Assembly: GCA_010093815.1 (NCBI GenBank)
Contig: ML996581.1
Strand: one strand, 5' to 3'
Length of the DNA: 64,000 nucleotides
Source: Pseudovirgaria hyperparasitica
Lineage: Eukaryota
Shown: piece after piece, positions 25,701 through 37,207 of the stretch
Numbering within the stretch: the stretch's first letter is position 1
Layout of the letters: each line of letters opens with the position of its first letter
Translations under genes and position numbers: made by a program
Notes under the pieces: model-generated
The model's input: the letters and a program-made list of their open reading frames with translations, nothing else
Told to the model about the DNA's origin: nothing
The model's database searches: none

Positions 25701-27523
25701 TACGTGCAGGATGACATTCGCAGCAAACTGCGGAGCAGTCTCCCGCGTGACTTTGCTTCCAAAATCCCACTGCTTTAAAATCTCGTCAGCAAAGCGCCCC
25801 AGTTGTGTTCTTAGAGGCTTTTGAGCTTCCTCCCATTCTCTATCCGTAATTTCTTTCAGTTCCCTCTGGCTGATCTCTTGCTGACGTCGATCAGAGACTT
25901 TGTGCTGGACCAAAGATTTGTGAGCAGCGTCTTGACGCTCTTTCTCCTCAGCTATTTCGCGTTGCGCAATTAGCTTGGGCTTCAGCATCTCCCAGCCACG
26001 ATCTGTCATCGGGGTAGTAATCTGCATGGCGGCTTTGAAAGAATCCATATGTCGAAGGATGTTCGGAGCGATAGGAGGGTGAAGCGCCTCACATCGTCTT
26101 TCAATATCTGCGCGGCGTAGAGCTTTCATCTCTGTCACATCCCGAAATGACCTATCGTGCCTTTGGGCAGGATGCGTAGGAAGGGGAGGTGGAGCGTAGG
26201 GAGTTTGCTGATATGTGGGTGTGTAGGAGTTTGGGATGTATGGCGGCTGTGATTGCGGCATCGGATGTTGCACTAGATGATCGTTAGTCTTCGCTTTGGT
26301 CTTCTCCTAATGATTCTAGTGGTAGGACGAACTTGAGTGAGTCCCGTACGCGTAAGGATTTGGACCGTTGTATATAGGTATGGGCGCGTTGAAGGGACCT
26401 GCGAATCCAGTCGGCGCAGGCGAATATATTGGATGCTGGGAGTTGGGGGCAGAGGTATGCCACAAACGAGGGTCAGGATTCGTCGACACAGGTAAAGTTG
26501 CGATATTTGCAGGCGCATCGGCTTTCGCTGCTGCTCCAACTTTATTGTTCGTATTGGGCGCTTGCACATGATTGATCTCCCAACGTTCACAGCGTTCTGC
26601 ATCGGACAGCCGTGTCTTGCCTCGAGAATCAAGGCCTTTGTGCCACTCTTCCGCAGCTGCTTGCCCGAGCGCTTTCGCAGCGATGAATTCCTCCTGTATT
26701 TGTTCCACTTGCGTTGTATAATAGCACTTGCGTAATTGTATTGTTGGTGGCGGTGACGCGTGGTGCAGTGTAGATGCAGGTACGACGTGCAGGTCTTGCG
26801 TCAAGAAGATGAAGGGAAGGCCAGGGAGAAGCGGCGAAGCAGTTGACATGAGTAGAGACGTATCCTATGAAGGTAAGTAAGCTGGCGATGCGACTAGATA
26901 GAATCGATTACCTTCTGACACTTTGATTCCAAGCACATTCCACACGATCGAATCCCAAAAGCCCATACAATCCGAACCCCAGTGCGGCCTGGACCTCTGT
27001 CCCAGGTACTATTACCTTGAGGCTGGCCTATTTTATGACAGAATTGGCAGCGACGACCTTTGACAAGTTTCCACATATCCAGCTCTGTTGTTCCAATCAA
27101 AGGCTTCGGAAAATGAGACTCGTAAGATTTGCGAGAATTAGACCAAACGGCCTCAGAAGTCTGCAACTTTGGAAAAGTCAAATAGGCTTTCCCGGACAGA
27201 TCGCGAATTCTTGTCAAGTACAAATTGAAAACACGGTTGACCTGGAGAAGTCGACCGAGGTCTTGAGGATGAAGATAAGAAAATACATTCTGCCAGATAT
27301 CTGGCGGAAGATTGACACAGAAAGGAACAGGAGTACTCTCAGGGCGAGAAGTGCCCTGAGATAGCCTTCGCTTTTTCTGTGGAGGACTAGAAGAATCCTC
27401 TGCTTTGCGCTTCACATTTTCGGTAATGTGTATCTCTTCGCCAGGCTCTTTTTCGATTTCTGACGTTGAATCGTATAGGTCAGAGGAGCCGGCGCTTCTG
27501 GCACTCTCGTCACTAGCTGCCAT
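22745..27523 (-). CDS. Large F-box protein with C2H2-like zinc fingers and a disordered Arg/Pro/Tyr-rich tail
   Basis: Four exons joined by introns 26865-26911, 26273-26332 and 24020-24077 (phases checked). F-box LPPDIWQNVFSYL..DLGRLLQVNRVF; CQFC..CGMC; CNGC..FEGVIQHYAAKH; CKSC..HYKHEH. Confidence 0.85.
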
Positions 27524-28279
27524 AGCAAACGACAGAGTCGTAGCAATTATGCACGCATACTCTGTTGAAATAGTGAAGTAGAGGGCTTCACGAATCGCGA
27601 CTGTGAGGCAAGTCTGTGAGGCAAATGTTTGCTCGTGGTGAGAACAGCAGTGTCAGATGAACGTGGTAGATGTAATAGAGGGTGATAATACAGCGCAACT
27701 TGATGAGTCCGTCAACACAAGAATAAGACTAGACAGAGGCGCACAAATGATTATAGGCAGTTGAAGTGACGATGAGGTTGAAGCATCAGCGCAGTGCTAA
27801 GTGAGTGGCCAAGAGGTTGGGCTCCAAGTGCAATCCATGGGCAAAGCGGAGATGCTTGATGTGCTCCAGCGAATGAGGTATCAGTAAAAAGTGAGGCGTG
27901 GTGGCTGCCATGTTGGCTGATGGTGGGCGGAACAATGGATCCCTGCTTATGTTTGGCCAGGGGCTAGTCTGCCTAAGCCCAACACGTACAAGAGAGCGCT
28001 CGCGGTTATGATGACGTTCACGTTCACCTTTGCTCTGATACTGAGTGTTTAGTCCTTCTCTTCCATCTTCTGTCAGCATCCTGCTGCGCAATCTTTCAAC
28101 AATGTTGAACCGTCATCCATAAGAAATTAAGTACTACTTTTCCTGACCTTGGCGACTGACTAGTACACGTCGTGCAGACAGTCGGAATCCTAGCTATACG
28201 ATTTGTACGTTTACCACTCCGCCTTGTAGCATTTTTGTTAGATATAATGACAGTTACGTCTTGATCATGCGTGTAATAG

Positions 28280-29104
28280 ATGAGTCCTTCTCATAATAAA
28301 ATACGGTCTCTGGACCCTTTTGTTTGGTCCTCGCAGTGCATGCGACATGCACTGCCCGGGTATCATGAACCATTGGGACCCGCTCTTGATCAACAGTATC
28401 GCTTAATAACGGCGCGTTGTTTTTTTCAACGACGCGAAAGCTGGGGAAAGCACAGGAGCCATCGACAATGCAGTCAATGGCATGATCGAACATGCTTTCG
28501 ACCTTCTCACGAACATTGGAATGAAGGAATGAAGCAAGTTGACACTCGCGGTTTCAGCATGGGTTGCTTCCCACTCGATGTGCGCCTTAAGAGACTTGTT
28601 AGAATATTCCTGTGGCAGGATTTTCGCCAGAATTTGGCCAATGCATAATCTCAGATACTGGTGACCGTGTTGAAGGCCATGTGAGAGCTTGCTGATGGCT
28701 CAAAATTCAGGTTATGAGATCGGCTTCCGTATGCTTTTCTCCCTCCCGGCGGAATCCCCTCAATCGACATGGGAGCGTATCCATACAGAGATATAGTCGT
28801 TAGTGGTAAAGATCGCTCTAATCTTATCTCGTATGGGTTTGCCAATGTTGCAAACTGCTGTCGTGGTTTGGAGTAGTCCCGATTCAATATCAAATAGCTC
28901 ATTTGATCGCCTCAGGAAGTCTCTCGTACCAGCTTTGACCCCACAGGCTCTGATTACTTCATAATTCCAGTCGTAGATAGTTTCGATATGCAGTAGAAGA
29001 ATCAGAAAGCTAAGTTGGTGATATACCCGGAGTCAGACTACAGCTTCTTGTACCCGTGGGCTGAAGTAGCGCGAGAGGTCAGCCATTCTTTGAAGGTTGC
29101 CTAA
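28280..29104 (+). pseudogene. Degenerate alpha/beta-hydrolase pseudogene
   Basis: Collinear fragments in shifting frames: GIMNHWDPLLINSIA** RRVVFFNDAKAGESTG; VDTRGFSMG (nucleophile elbow, 28550-28564); SGKDRSNLISY; SSFDRL; GSDYFIIPVVDSFDMQ*KNQKAKLVIYPESDYSFLY. In-frame stops at 28404-28409 and 28994, several frameshifts, catalytic His position replaced. Confidence 0.8.
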
Positions 29105-29296
29105 GAGACAGCCGAAGATCGCACTCTGTACGAATACTACTGTCATTGACGTTGAAAGATATGTGCATGGTTCACATGGTATAATGTATCCATTTCAGGT
29201 AGCGGAGACATCTTGCGCCACTTATGCTTTCAGGTTCGTGAAGGTGGTGACGATACAACGATGGAGCGCATACCTGTGTAGCATAGCATTGGGGGA

Positions 29297-29839
29297 TCAG
29301 GATGGATTCATGGTAGCCGGCATTGCAGCTGCTGTATATACGACGAATCTGTTTGCAATACTAAGACTCGGGACGGGAGAGACCGCGGCCTGTTTTTCCT
29401 GATTGACGGCAGCTGTATCTGGAGGGGCGGTGCCTGTACTTTCTCTTTCGGTTGTACTCATCATCTTCTCTGGCAATTTCGTTCCTTTAGCTAACCGCCG
29501 ACTACGAGGCCGAGACTCGTTCAGTAACTCTCTTTTCTTCCACCAGTCTCCTATCGTCGTCGGTGAATACCTGCCGTGGAAAGCTTGAGAGACCTCGAGA
29601 TTGTTCGGGGGACGCCAAGCGCCCACACGTTCTTGACCTTCTCTTATTCGTACATGTGGCCTGAAATCATGCACCCAATTGCGGTTGTCTAGAATATACA
29701 GAATGACATTGAGCTTTTCCTCGCGCGGGACACTTGCGTGAGTCTTGCTGGTTTTAGGTAGGCGGGATTTGCACTCAGACAGAGGTTTCGAGGGCCGCCC
29801 CACGCGCCTCTTTTTCGGGATACTGGCTGTTGAGTTCAT
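29297..29839 (-). CDS. Putative DNA-binding protein: AT-hook-like KKRRVGRPSK plus helix-turn-helix resembling the N-terminus of pogo/CENP-B-type fungal transposases; no DDE domain
   Basis: Open 180-aa ORF; SVPREEKLNVILY ... RPPNNLEVSQAF..YSPTTIGDWWKKRELL pattern. Assignment by recalled pattern only. Confidence 0.5.
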   Translation of the reverse strand: MNSTASIPKKRRVGRPSKPLSECKSRLPKTSKTHASVPREEKLNVILYILDNRNWVHDFRPHVRIREGQERVGAWRPPNNLEVSQAFHGRYSPTTIGDWWKKRELLNESRPRSRRLAKGTKLPEKMMSTTERESTGTAPPDTAAVNQEKQAAVSPVPSLSIANRFVVYTAAAMPATMNPS

Positions 29840-30709
29840 TTGGGTTCAGATGGAGGAGCGATGCCACTCCGTTGTGGAAGGACTGTTGCAAATAGTAGAC
29901 TTGATTATTCTGTAGTGACGTGAATTCTGAATCAAAAACGTCCGCTAGGCTGAACTCGGGGAAGTGTGCGGGTTAGCCCCAGCCCTCCAGCTTTGTTGTG
30001 GTCCAAGCCTCAGGGTTCGGACTGTGCTTTATCTGAACATCATCGAACATCGTTTCCAATTATCATCGAAAGCATGGCATCGACGCGATGAATTTCATTC
30101 GAACTCAACAATACAATCATCATATGATCAACCCGCGCTCGACGCCTGGCACATCGTTCGAGACGATTCAGACTCATCCATAGCCTTCCAATTTGAAATA
30201 TGCTCCTCAGGTAGCTTATCGGAGGTCCACCTTGGATCGTCGACTTGTTTGTATGTCGTGTATCTACCCGGCTTCCAGCCATAATACGCCTAGGAATTCA
30301 AGTTATCTCCTCCGATGAGGCTCAAAATACACCAGCATTCCGCCACGGGTGGCGATCCGTCTACACGCTGTCTTCCACAGAGGCCTTGGCTGCCTATGTA
30401 TTGCTCTACTGGTGAAATGGAACCTGCCTCATTCCCTACCCAAAAGCCGGGCATTTCTTGTCTGGGCTGGACAAGCCATCATCTGGGGAAATAATTATAC
30501 CTTTGATGTGTACGGCCCTCTGCGGAGACTTCACCAGCATGCTCTTTGGCGTCTCTGTGCTTTGCAAGTCATGCTGGGAGTACTTGTCTTACAAGACTAT
30601 AAAACTCAACAGCATGTGCCCAGAACCATAGAAATTCTAGTCCCTTGACAATCATAGTTCGTATCTATCGCCATCACTCATTGGTTGTGTCACTTCTAAA
30701 GTCTTTAAC

Positions 30710-31757
30710 ATGCTCGTTCTTAACCACCATATCGTCAGCTTTACCGCACTACTCTCTCTCGTTGTCGCAAATCCGACCCTCATATCGTCGCGTGATTCAC
30801 GTAGCAGATGTTCTTCGGCTGCTTCTGAGAAGTTCGTTGCCGCTGCTGGAAGCATGCGCTCGGCTGAGCTGGCGGGTAACTTCACGTCAGCTGCGGATCG
30901 AGCAGATATAAACATCCCTGTCTACGTTCATATTGTCTCTTCTGGGGAATCTGTTAAGGATGGTAATATCGCGGTATGTACCTCTGTGGATTTGCAGCGC
31001 GACGACAGTGGTTTGGAGCCGCTTTAGCGCAAAGTTGTCACTAGACTGACAATAGGACTTGTGACGAGTGCTTGAAGACTGACCAGTTCTCTATCTCAGG
31101 ACGATGTCGTTACCAAGCAGATCGAAGTCATCAACGAGAATTATGGTGTCCACAATATTACTTTTACCCTTAAGAATGTATCTCGCACTGTCAATGAGGA
31201 ATGGGCGACTCAGGACACCAACGGGCCAATGCAAGAAGCACTCCACCAAGGTGATTATGCTACTCTAAACCTCTACATCGTATCAGACCGACGATATCTA
31301 GGAGTAGGTATTCTTCACAGCTGCAACGGTCGAGATGCTGACTGCCAACTAGATCTGCCAGTTCCCGGAAGAACCTACTGAAGATGTCATCGCCCATGAT
31401 GGCTGTGTCATTGTCGCGAGTTCTGTTCCTGGCGGTGTGGCGCCCTTTGATCAAGGGAAGACAGCGACCCACGAGATCGGACACTGGTTCGGGCTCTTCC
31501 ATACCTTCCAAGATCAGAGCTGCTCATCTGGTGGCGATGGGATCTCTGACACTCCTCAGCAGCTGGGACCGACATCCGGGTGTCCAACAAATGCCGATTC
31601 ATGTCCAGACCAGCCAGGCCTAGACGCTGTAAATAACTATATGGACTATTCCGATGATTCATGCTATGAGGAGTTCACACCTGAGCAAGAGCAGAGAATG
31701 TATAACATGTATCAGCAGTATCGAGCACCGGCTGCCGCAGAACAAATCAGTAGTTAA
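30710..31757 (+). CDS. Secreted M43 (pappalysin/ulilysin-like, Mep1-type) metalloprotease
   Basis: Signal peptide; propeptide Cys; introns 30974-31099 and 31304-31352; IPVYVHIV, LHQGDYATLNLY, HEIGHWFGLFH zinc motif, DGISDTP, NNYMDYSDDSC Met-turn, FTPEQEQRM. Confidence 0.93.
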
Positions 31758-32915
31758 TAATGATGAGGTCAGCGCTATGTCTTGTTATGCTGTGGCCTGT
31801 TGGCGCGTTCACATTTTTAGATTATAGTAGGCTACGGTGTTAAGGTGTCAATGATTAGGTCGGAACTTTGATGTTTTAAAAGTGTCTATACCACTATCTA
31901 GATGAGACCATATATAGTTTATTCGCTAGATTCATGGAGTTATTCTTGTAACATTTCCTTGTTCTCAAAATACGGCTAGTACTGGTTTGGGTAGATGGCA
32001 ATTTGATGCACGGCAGGAACACGAAAGTCTTCGTCATTAAGTATCTCAGGCCTCTAGTAATTAGAATGAAGATAGGGCCATCATCTTTCGCGCATCTAAT
32101 CATGCCGTCAATGTATTAAACTGTGAAGTAGTAATGATGTTAAGGCTGATATGAATGCAATTTGCCTCTTACAATCCATTTCTTATAATGTGTTCGGACT
32201 AAACGTCGCTGCAGCCTCGTTCATATATCCTATATAACACTTCATTGCTCCATCTCTAGCTAGCTCGTCGCCGGATGCACCTATAGCGTAAATATTATCC
32301 TCCCGGTCCTCGTCTCCCATCCTTTCCAACTCGCTCGACTTTTTATCTTTAGATAAATGTATTAGCCTTGACAGCCCCTGATCCCCTACGTGTCTTCGTC
32401 ACGTATGGGCAATGGAGTGATTATGTCATCCGAACGGCAATTTTAGGAGAGCTGACGCAGCGTCGACACCTAGAGGCACGGGTGATGGGGAGGGCGCAAA
32501 CTATTTTCAGAGAGGCGTTGGTGACATCGAATAACAGAGGCAGAGAACCATGGAGATACTGCTTTATTTATCTTTTTTAGAGTTACCCCTTAGCCACATG
32601 CATTTCATACTTGGCTTGTCTGATTGGTTCCACTGCGCACGGAGTAATGCTGCCTTGTCTCTTGGCGCGATAAGCAGGGAGAACTAGAGGTCTTCTAGCG
32701 CCAAGACATTGAGGACGCAGCATATAGCAACCTCTCCAATCAATAAGCGATACGTCGGCTAACAACCTCAGCGTCACATAGTCATTTACCTGAGAGCAGA
32801 AGGCGTTCATGGGATTCCTGAGTTTTGGGCCGAATAAGGATGAGAAATCGAGATCTGTCCCCTTCTGTTGATGTCAAGTAGCATGGCCAAAAGCATGGGA
32901 GATCGGGCTCCTACC

Positions 32916-33599
32916 CAGAGTTCCTATCAATCAGTCCAACTTCAATTCTACCTCTCCAGAATTGACTCAGTCCAGTTCAACTGAGGCCTCTTGCCAAGGG
33001 TTGGATCTTCAGTCCAATTCAATTCTAGGGTAGGATTGAGTTGCTAATAGTTGAGTTGAACTGAAGTTATATATAGATAGGTAGATATCCTCTTGAGGTT
33101 AGGTAATTCGACGAGGTTTATCAGAAGAAAGTCATGTGATGCAACGTCACGTGACGCACCACGTGATATATCGTGTGATATCTCATGTGACTCCCGCTGG
33201 ATACATTAAAATAAACTATCATGTGATATGTCACGTGAAAGTCACGTGACGACACGTGACTTATTCTTTACTCTCTCATGTAAAAACCCACGTAAAGTCT
33301 CTATACTAATAGCTATATATTAATAATATAAATATATCCTCTTTTTAGCTTATTACTTACTTATATTAAGAATTACTATATAGGTAATATAGATATATAG
33401 CCTCAAAATACTAAATTTCATCTATCTTTAAGACTTTTAGCTAATCTTACTAATATCCTTCAGTCCAGTCCAGTTCAACTTCAATTCTACTACTAGGATT
33501 GACAGTCCAATTCAATTCTATGATGGTAAGAGTTGAAGTACTTCAGTTCAATTCAACTAGAGGCCTAAAGTTGAACTGAACTGATTGATAGGAAGTCTG
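32916..33599. mobile_element. Non-autonomous hAT-type DNA transposon / MITE (684 bp)
   Basis: TIRs: left CAGAGTTCCTATCAATCAGT, right (reverse complement) CAGACTTCCTATCAATCAGT. Perfect 8-bp target-site duplication CTCCTACC at 32908-32915 and 33600-33607. Subterminal CAGTCCA/TTCAATTCTA repeats at both ends. No ORF. Confidence 0.92.
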
Positions 33600-34081
33600 C
33601 TCCTACCAGAGGAGGCATTTATTCGCTGGGATGGCTCGTGGTCGCGCATCAGAATAGAGGCATCTGGACTATGGCATCATGCTAGAGGCTGGACAATCAG
33701 GACAACGACATTGAGAGCATCATCCATGCTGTTCCAGTGAAGGAGCGGTGGCTACAGAGCCAATAACGACACGACAGTACGGTTATCAACGGTTATCAGA
33801 CGACGGAAAGCCTGTCTCTGGTTGACAATAAAAATACTTCTGGTCAGGTGGAGATTCGTTGGCCAGGGCGTTACGTACTAGGATTCGGAGGGCCCGGGTG
33901 AGGGTGAGAGTCTTGAGATAAGGACAACGGAAGATATTCCGGCCATTCCGGCCTCGAAAACTTTCATCCATAAAAGCGACCGCCGGTAAGGGCGGAGCGG
34001 CTCAGAACGCTCTTCTCTCCTTCCCACTCAAACTTCCATTCTATCAGACTTCCATCTCTTTGATATTCTCTTCAACTCATC

Positions 34082-35669
34082 ATGCCATCATCGGCACTCT
34101 CCCAGCTCAATGTCCTCGTCGATACTCGGAAGGATGATACCGGACTTCCGGCTTTCATGGTATCGACGGAACGAGGCTTTCTCCCTCGTCAGGAACCTGT
34201 TGTCGAGCTTCCTACGGACTTCCATGCTCTCGAGTCTATTCTCACTCGCATGCCAATCGTTACTGCCTCTGGTACTCCGGGTCTCCTCGCTGAATACAAA
34301 TTGGGCGATACTGTCATGAAGGAGCTCCCCGATCTATCCAATGCCATTGAGAAATACCGCGACAACCTCCCTCTGATGAACGCACTGTACAGGGACTATT
34401 CATTCTTGGCTTCTGCGTACCTACTTGAACCGTGTCATGAGAGATTTATGCAAGGGCTCGAATACGGGCTTGGAAGGCAGACCTTGCCTTCCGTAATCGC
34501 GCTACCAATCGTCAAAGTTGCTGAAATGTATGTTTCTCTTCTGATTATTGGGGCACCATCACTGACTTCCATCAGCGCCGGCTTCAAGCCGTTCATGGAG
34601 TATGCTGGCTCTTATGCACTCTTCAACTATAAACTAGCGGATGCTTCGCAAGGTCTTGCGTACGACAACCTGCGTCTAATCCGCGCATTCGAACGTGGGC
34701 TTGACCCTAGTTCGTCGGAAGCTGGCTTCGTTCTAGTACATGTTGCCATGGTGAAGAACTCAGGTGGTCTCGTCGATGGGTCAATCGGCGTCCTTGATGG
34801 CGTTGCACAGTCAGATCGAGAGATGTTCAACCATGGCATGCGTAAAGTGGTAGAGGCACTGGACAAAATTAACGCCGTCATGAACAGTATGTTTATTCAG
34901 TGTCAAGGAAATAAAATTTCTAACCGTAGATAGCTATGTGGGCAAAGAGCAAGCCTGCCGGTTACACCACTTTCCGAACATTCATCTTTGGCATTACCAG
35001 CCAATCTATGTTCCCCAATGGTGTGATCTACGAGGGTGTGAGCGAGGATCCTGTAAGCTTCCGTGGCGAGTCTGGTGCAAACGATAGCATGGTACAATCC
35101 CCAAACAATACTCGTATAATCACACTGACAAATATAGATCCCACTGTGCGATAATCTGCTCCAGATAAGTATGCCATCGACGCCATTGACGGAGATCCTA
35201 AAGGACTTCCGTGCCTACCGACCAGGTAATCATCGAGACTTTCTCGAAGGGGTTAAAACCATGGCGGACAGCGTGGGTGTCAAGGACTTCGCCCTGAACG
35301 ACTCCGAGTCAGCTGCCCTTTACCTGCGAGCTCTGGACCAGGTGCGCGATTTTCGCTGGCGTCACTGGTGTTTCACCAGAGAGTACATCCTCAAGAGGAC
35401 ATCACACCCCACAGCCACAGGGGGAAGTCCTATCGTTACGGTAAGCATTGATGATCGACACTGCAAACCCCCAGAGAATACTCAGCTTACATATGTAGTG
35501 GCTTCCTAACCAGCTTCAGGCTGTGATGAACCAGATGATCGAGTCAGCTAAATTTTGCGCCAGTGTGGCAGGAACTCAGGAAATTCTGTCGAATGTGATG
35601 ACACAGCATGAGACTCTGCAAAAGGAAGTGCAAAAATACTGTGCGGAAAGGGGTGTGGCAGCTTCGTAA
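34082..35669 (+). CDS. Indoleamine 2,3-dioxygenase family protein (fungal IDO-gamma/IdoC-type)
   Basis: Introns 34528-34575, 34887-34933, 35092-35137, 35441-35498; RGFLP, MEYAGSYALFN, SEAGFVLVH, FRGESGANDS, DFRAYRPGNH, FRWRHWCFTREYI, ATGGSPIVTWLPNQL motifs. Confidence 0.93.
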
Positions 35670-37207
35670 GCGTGGTGCAGAATGATTTGAAGTTGCAAAA
35701 TAGGCAGGCAGTCAAATTACGGTAGCTTAGCAATCTCCCTAACATAGATATCGCAAAACAACCCTTCCGATCCAAAGGTGCATGAGCCGCGCCTAATTCC
35801 AACCCTGAAGAGAGTCGAATTTGTTAACATCGCTGAGCACGTCAGTTATCTGCACTATAGCGCCTATACAACTTTATCTATCGCAACGAAACGACGTTTT
35901 AAGCTCTTTATCTTTCTCCTCTACTTTTATCCTGACGATGACACTGTCAACATCCTCTATTCCGCATTCACATACCGCAGATCTTGACTATCCAGCACTA
36001 GACAGTCACCATATTGTGCTCGGTCCGCATAGCTTCACGGCTGCTCCTCAGTCGTGTGGCTGATCTTCGAAAAACTTCCTCTGCATATATCCCAGACTCG
36101 GTATACTAGCATTCGTCGGTACAAAGCCCACTATAACAATGGAAGGCTATCGTTCCTCACGCTCATTGTGATACTACTAAATAAAGAAGTCTAAGAACAA
36201 GGCCGATTCTGTACCTCAGTCTCAGCAAGAAAATGTCGTATATCTGTTTCATGCGCAAGCTGATTACTTCTCTTAACTATACGTACTCTATTCACGCAGG
36301 CCCGTTGTCTGGCCGCGGCTCTTCCTGGGAGACGAACATCAACACAGATAACGAAGCCTAGTAGTTCCGATGCTTCCCATGGCATACTGGTCATCTTCTG
36401 TGAGATTCGTCCCAAGTCTATGATAATATATCAACAATTTCTGTGCAATGACATCTTGATTGCTAGGTCATTTTCGGATAAGGCGGGTGCGAACGCTGCG
36501 TAGTTTATTCCAGCCATGGCATAAATCCTTGGTACTTATTTAATGATAGCAACGTCTAGAATGCATTGATTGGTATGCGTGGGATCTTTCGTGCGCATGG
36601 CCGATCTCTAGATGATGTTTGTACAATAATCTACACATCATGTTGCTGTTCATCTCGCGAACTCATGTGCTCCTGGAGTATCTCAAATCCTGCGAGCGGT
36701 AGGAAGGCATGTCTAATTGAGATTCGTCGTCGCCATCAAGACAGATTTCGGAATCTGGGATAGATGAGGATCGGGCTATACCTCCATCGAGTAGTACAAC
36801 GGCCGGAAAGATGAACGCAGTATGAAGATTATAATCAAACCATAGTACCCTGGCAACGATACTTGGGACTGGTAGATATCTCTCACTAGCAACAATGTAG
36901 AGCTTTCTGTCCGAGTTGAGAGCTTCCCAAGTTCTCTATGAAGAAAACCAATATACCAAGGTGTCATTGTCCAGCCAACTGTCGGTCACCCCCGAGCCAT
37001 CCATGGATACCGTATCTGCTTACAAAGCCACCCTAGGCGGGTCACGGTAAGTCAAAAGCGGAGACGGAGTCCGGCTCCGTCCAGTCCGAACTCGTATGCA
37101 TTGCGGCGAAATCTGCGACAACGAAAGGAAAGAAAGAGCTGGACGACTCCGTCTCCTGATGCGTATCCTTTACTACTGTGTATCTCTACACCTAATACGT
37201 TTTATTC

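Noticed and set aside
33131..33457. CDEI-like GTCACGTG followed by an AT-rich tract, resembling a point centromere
   Set aside because: It lies inside a TIR/TSD-bounded transposon, has no CDEIII-like element, and filamentous ascomycetes have regional centromeres.
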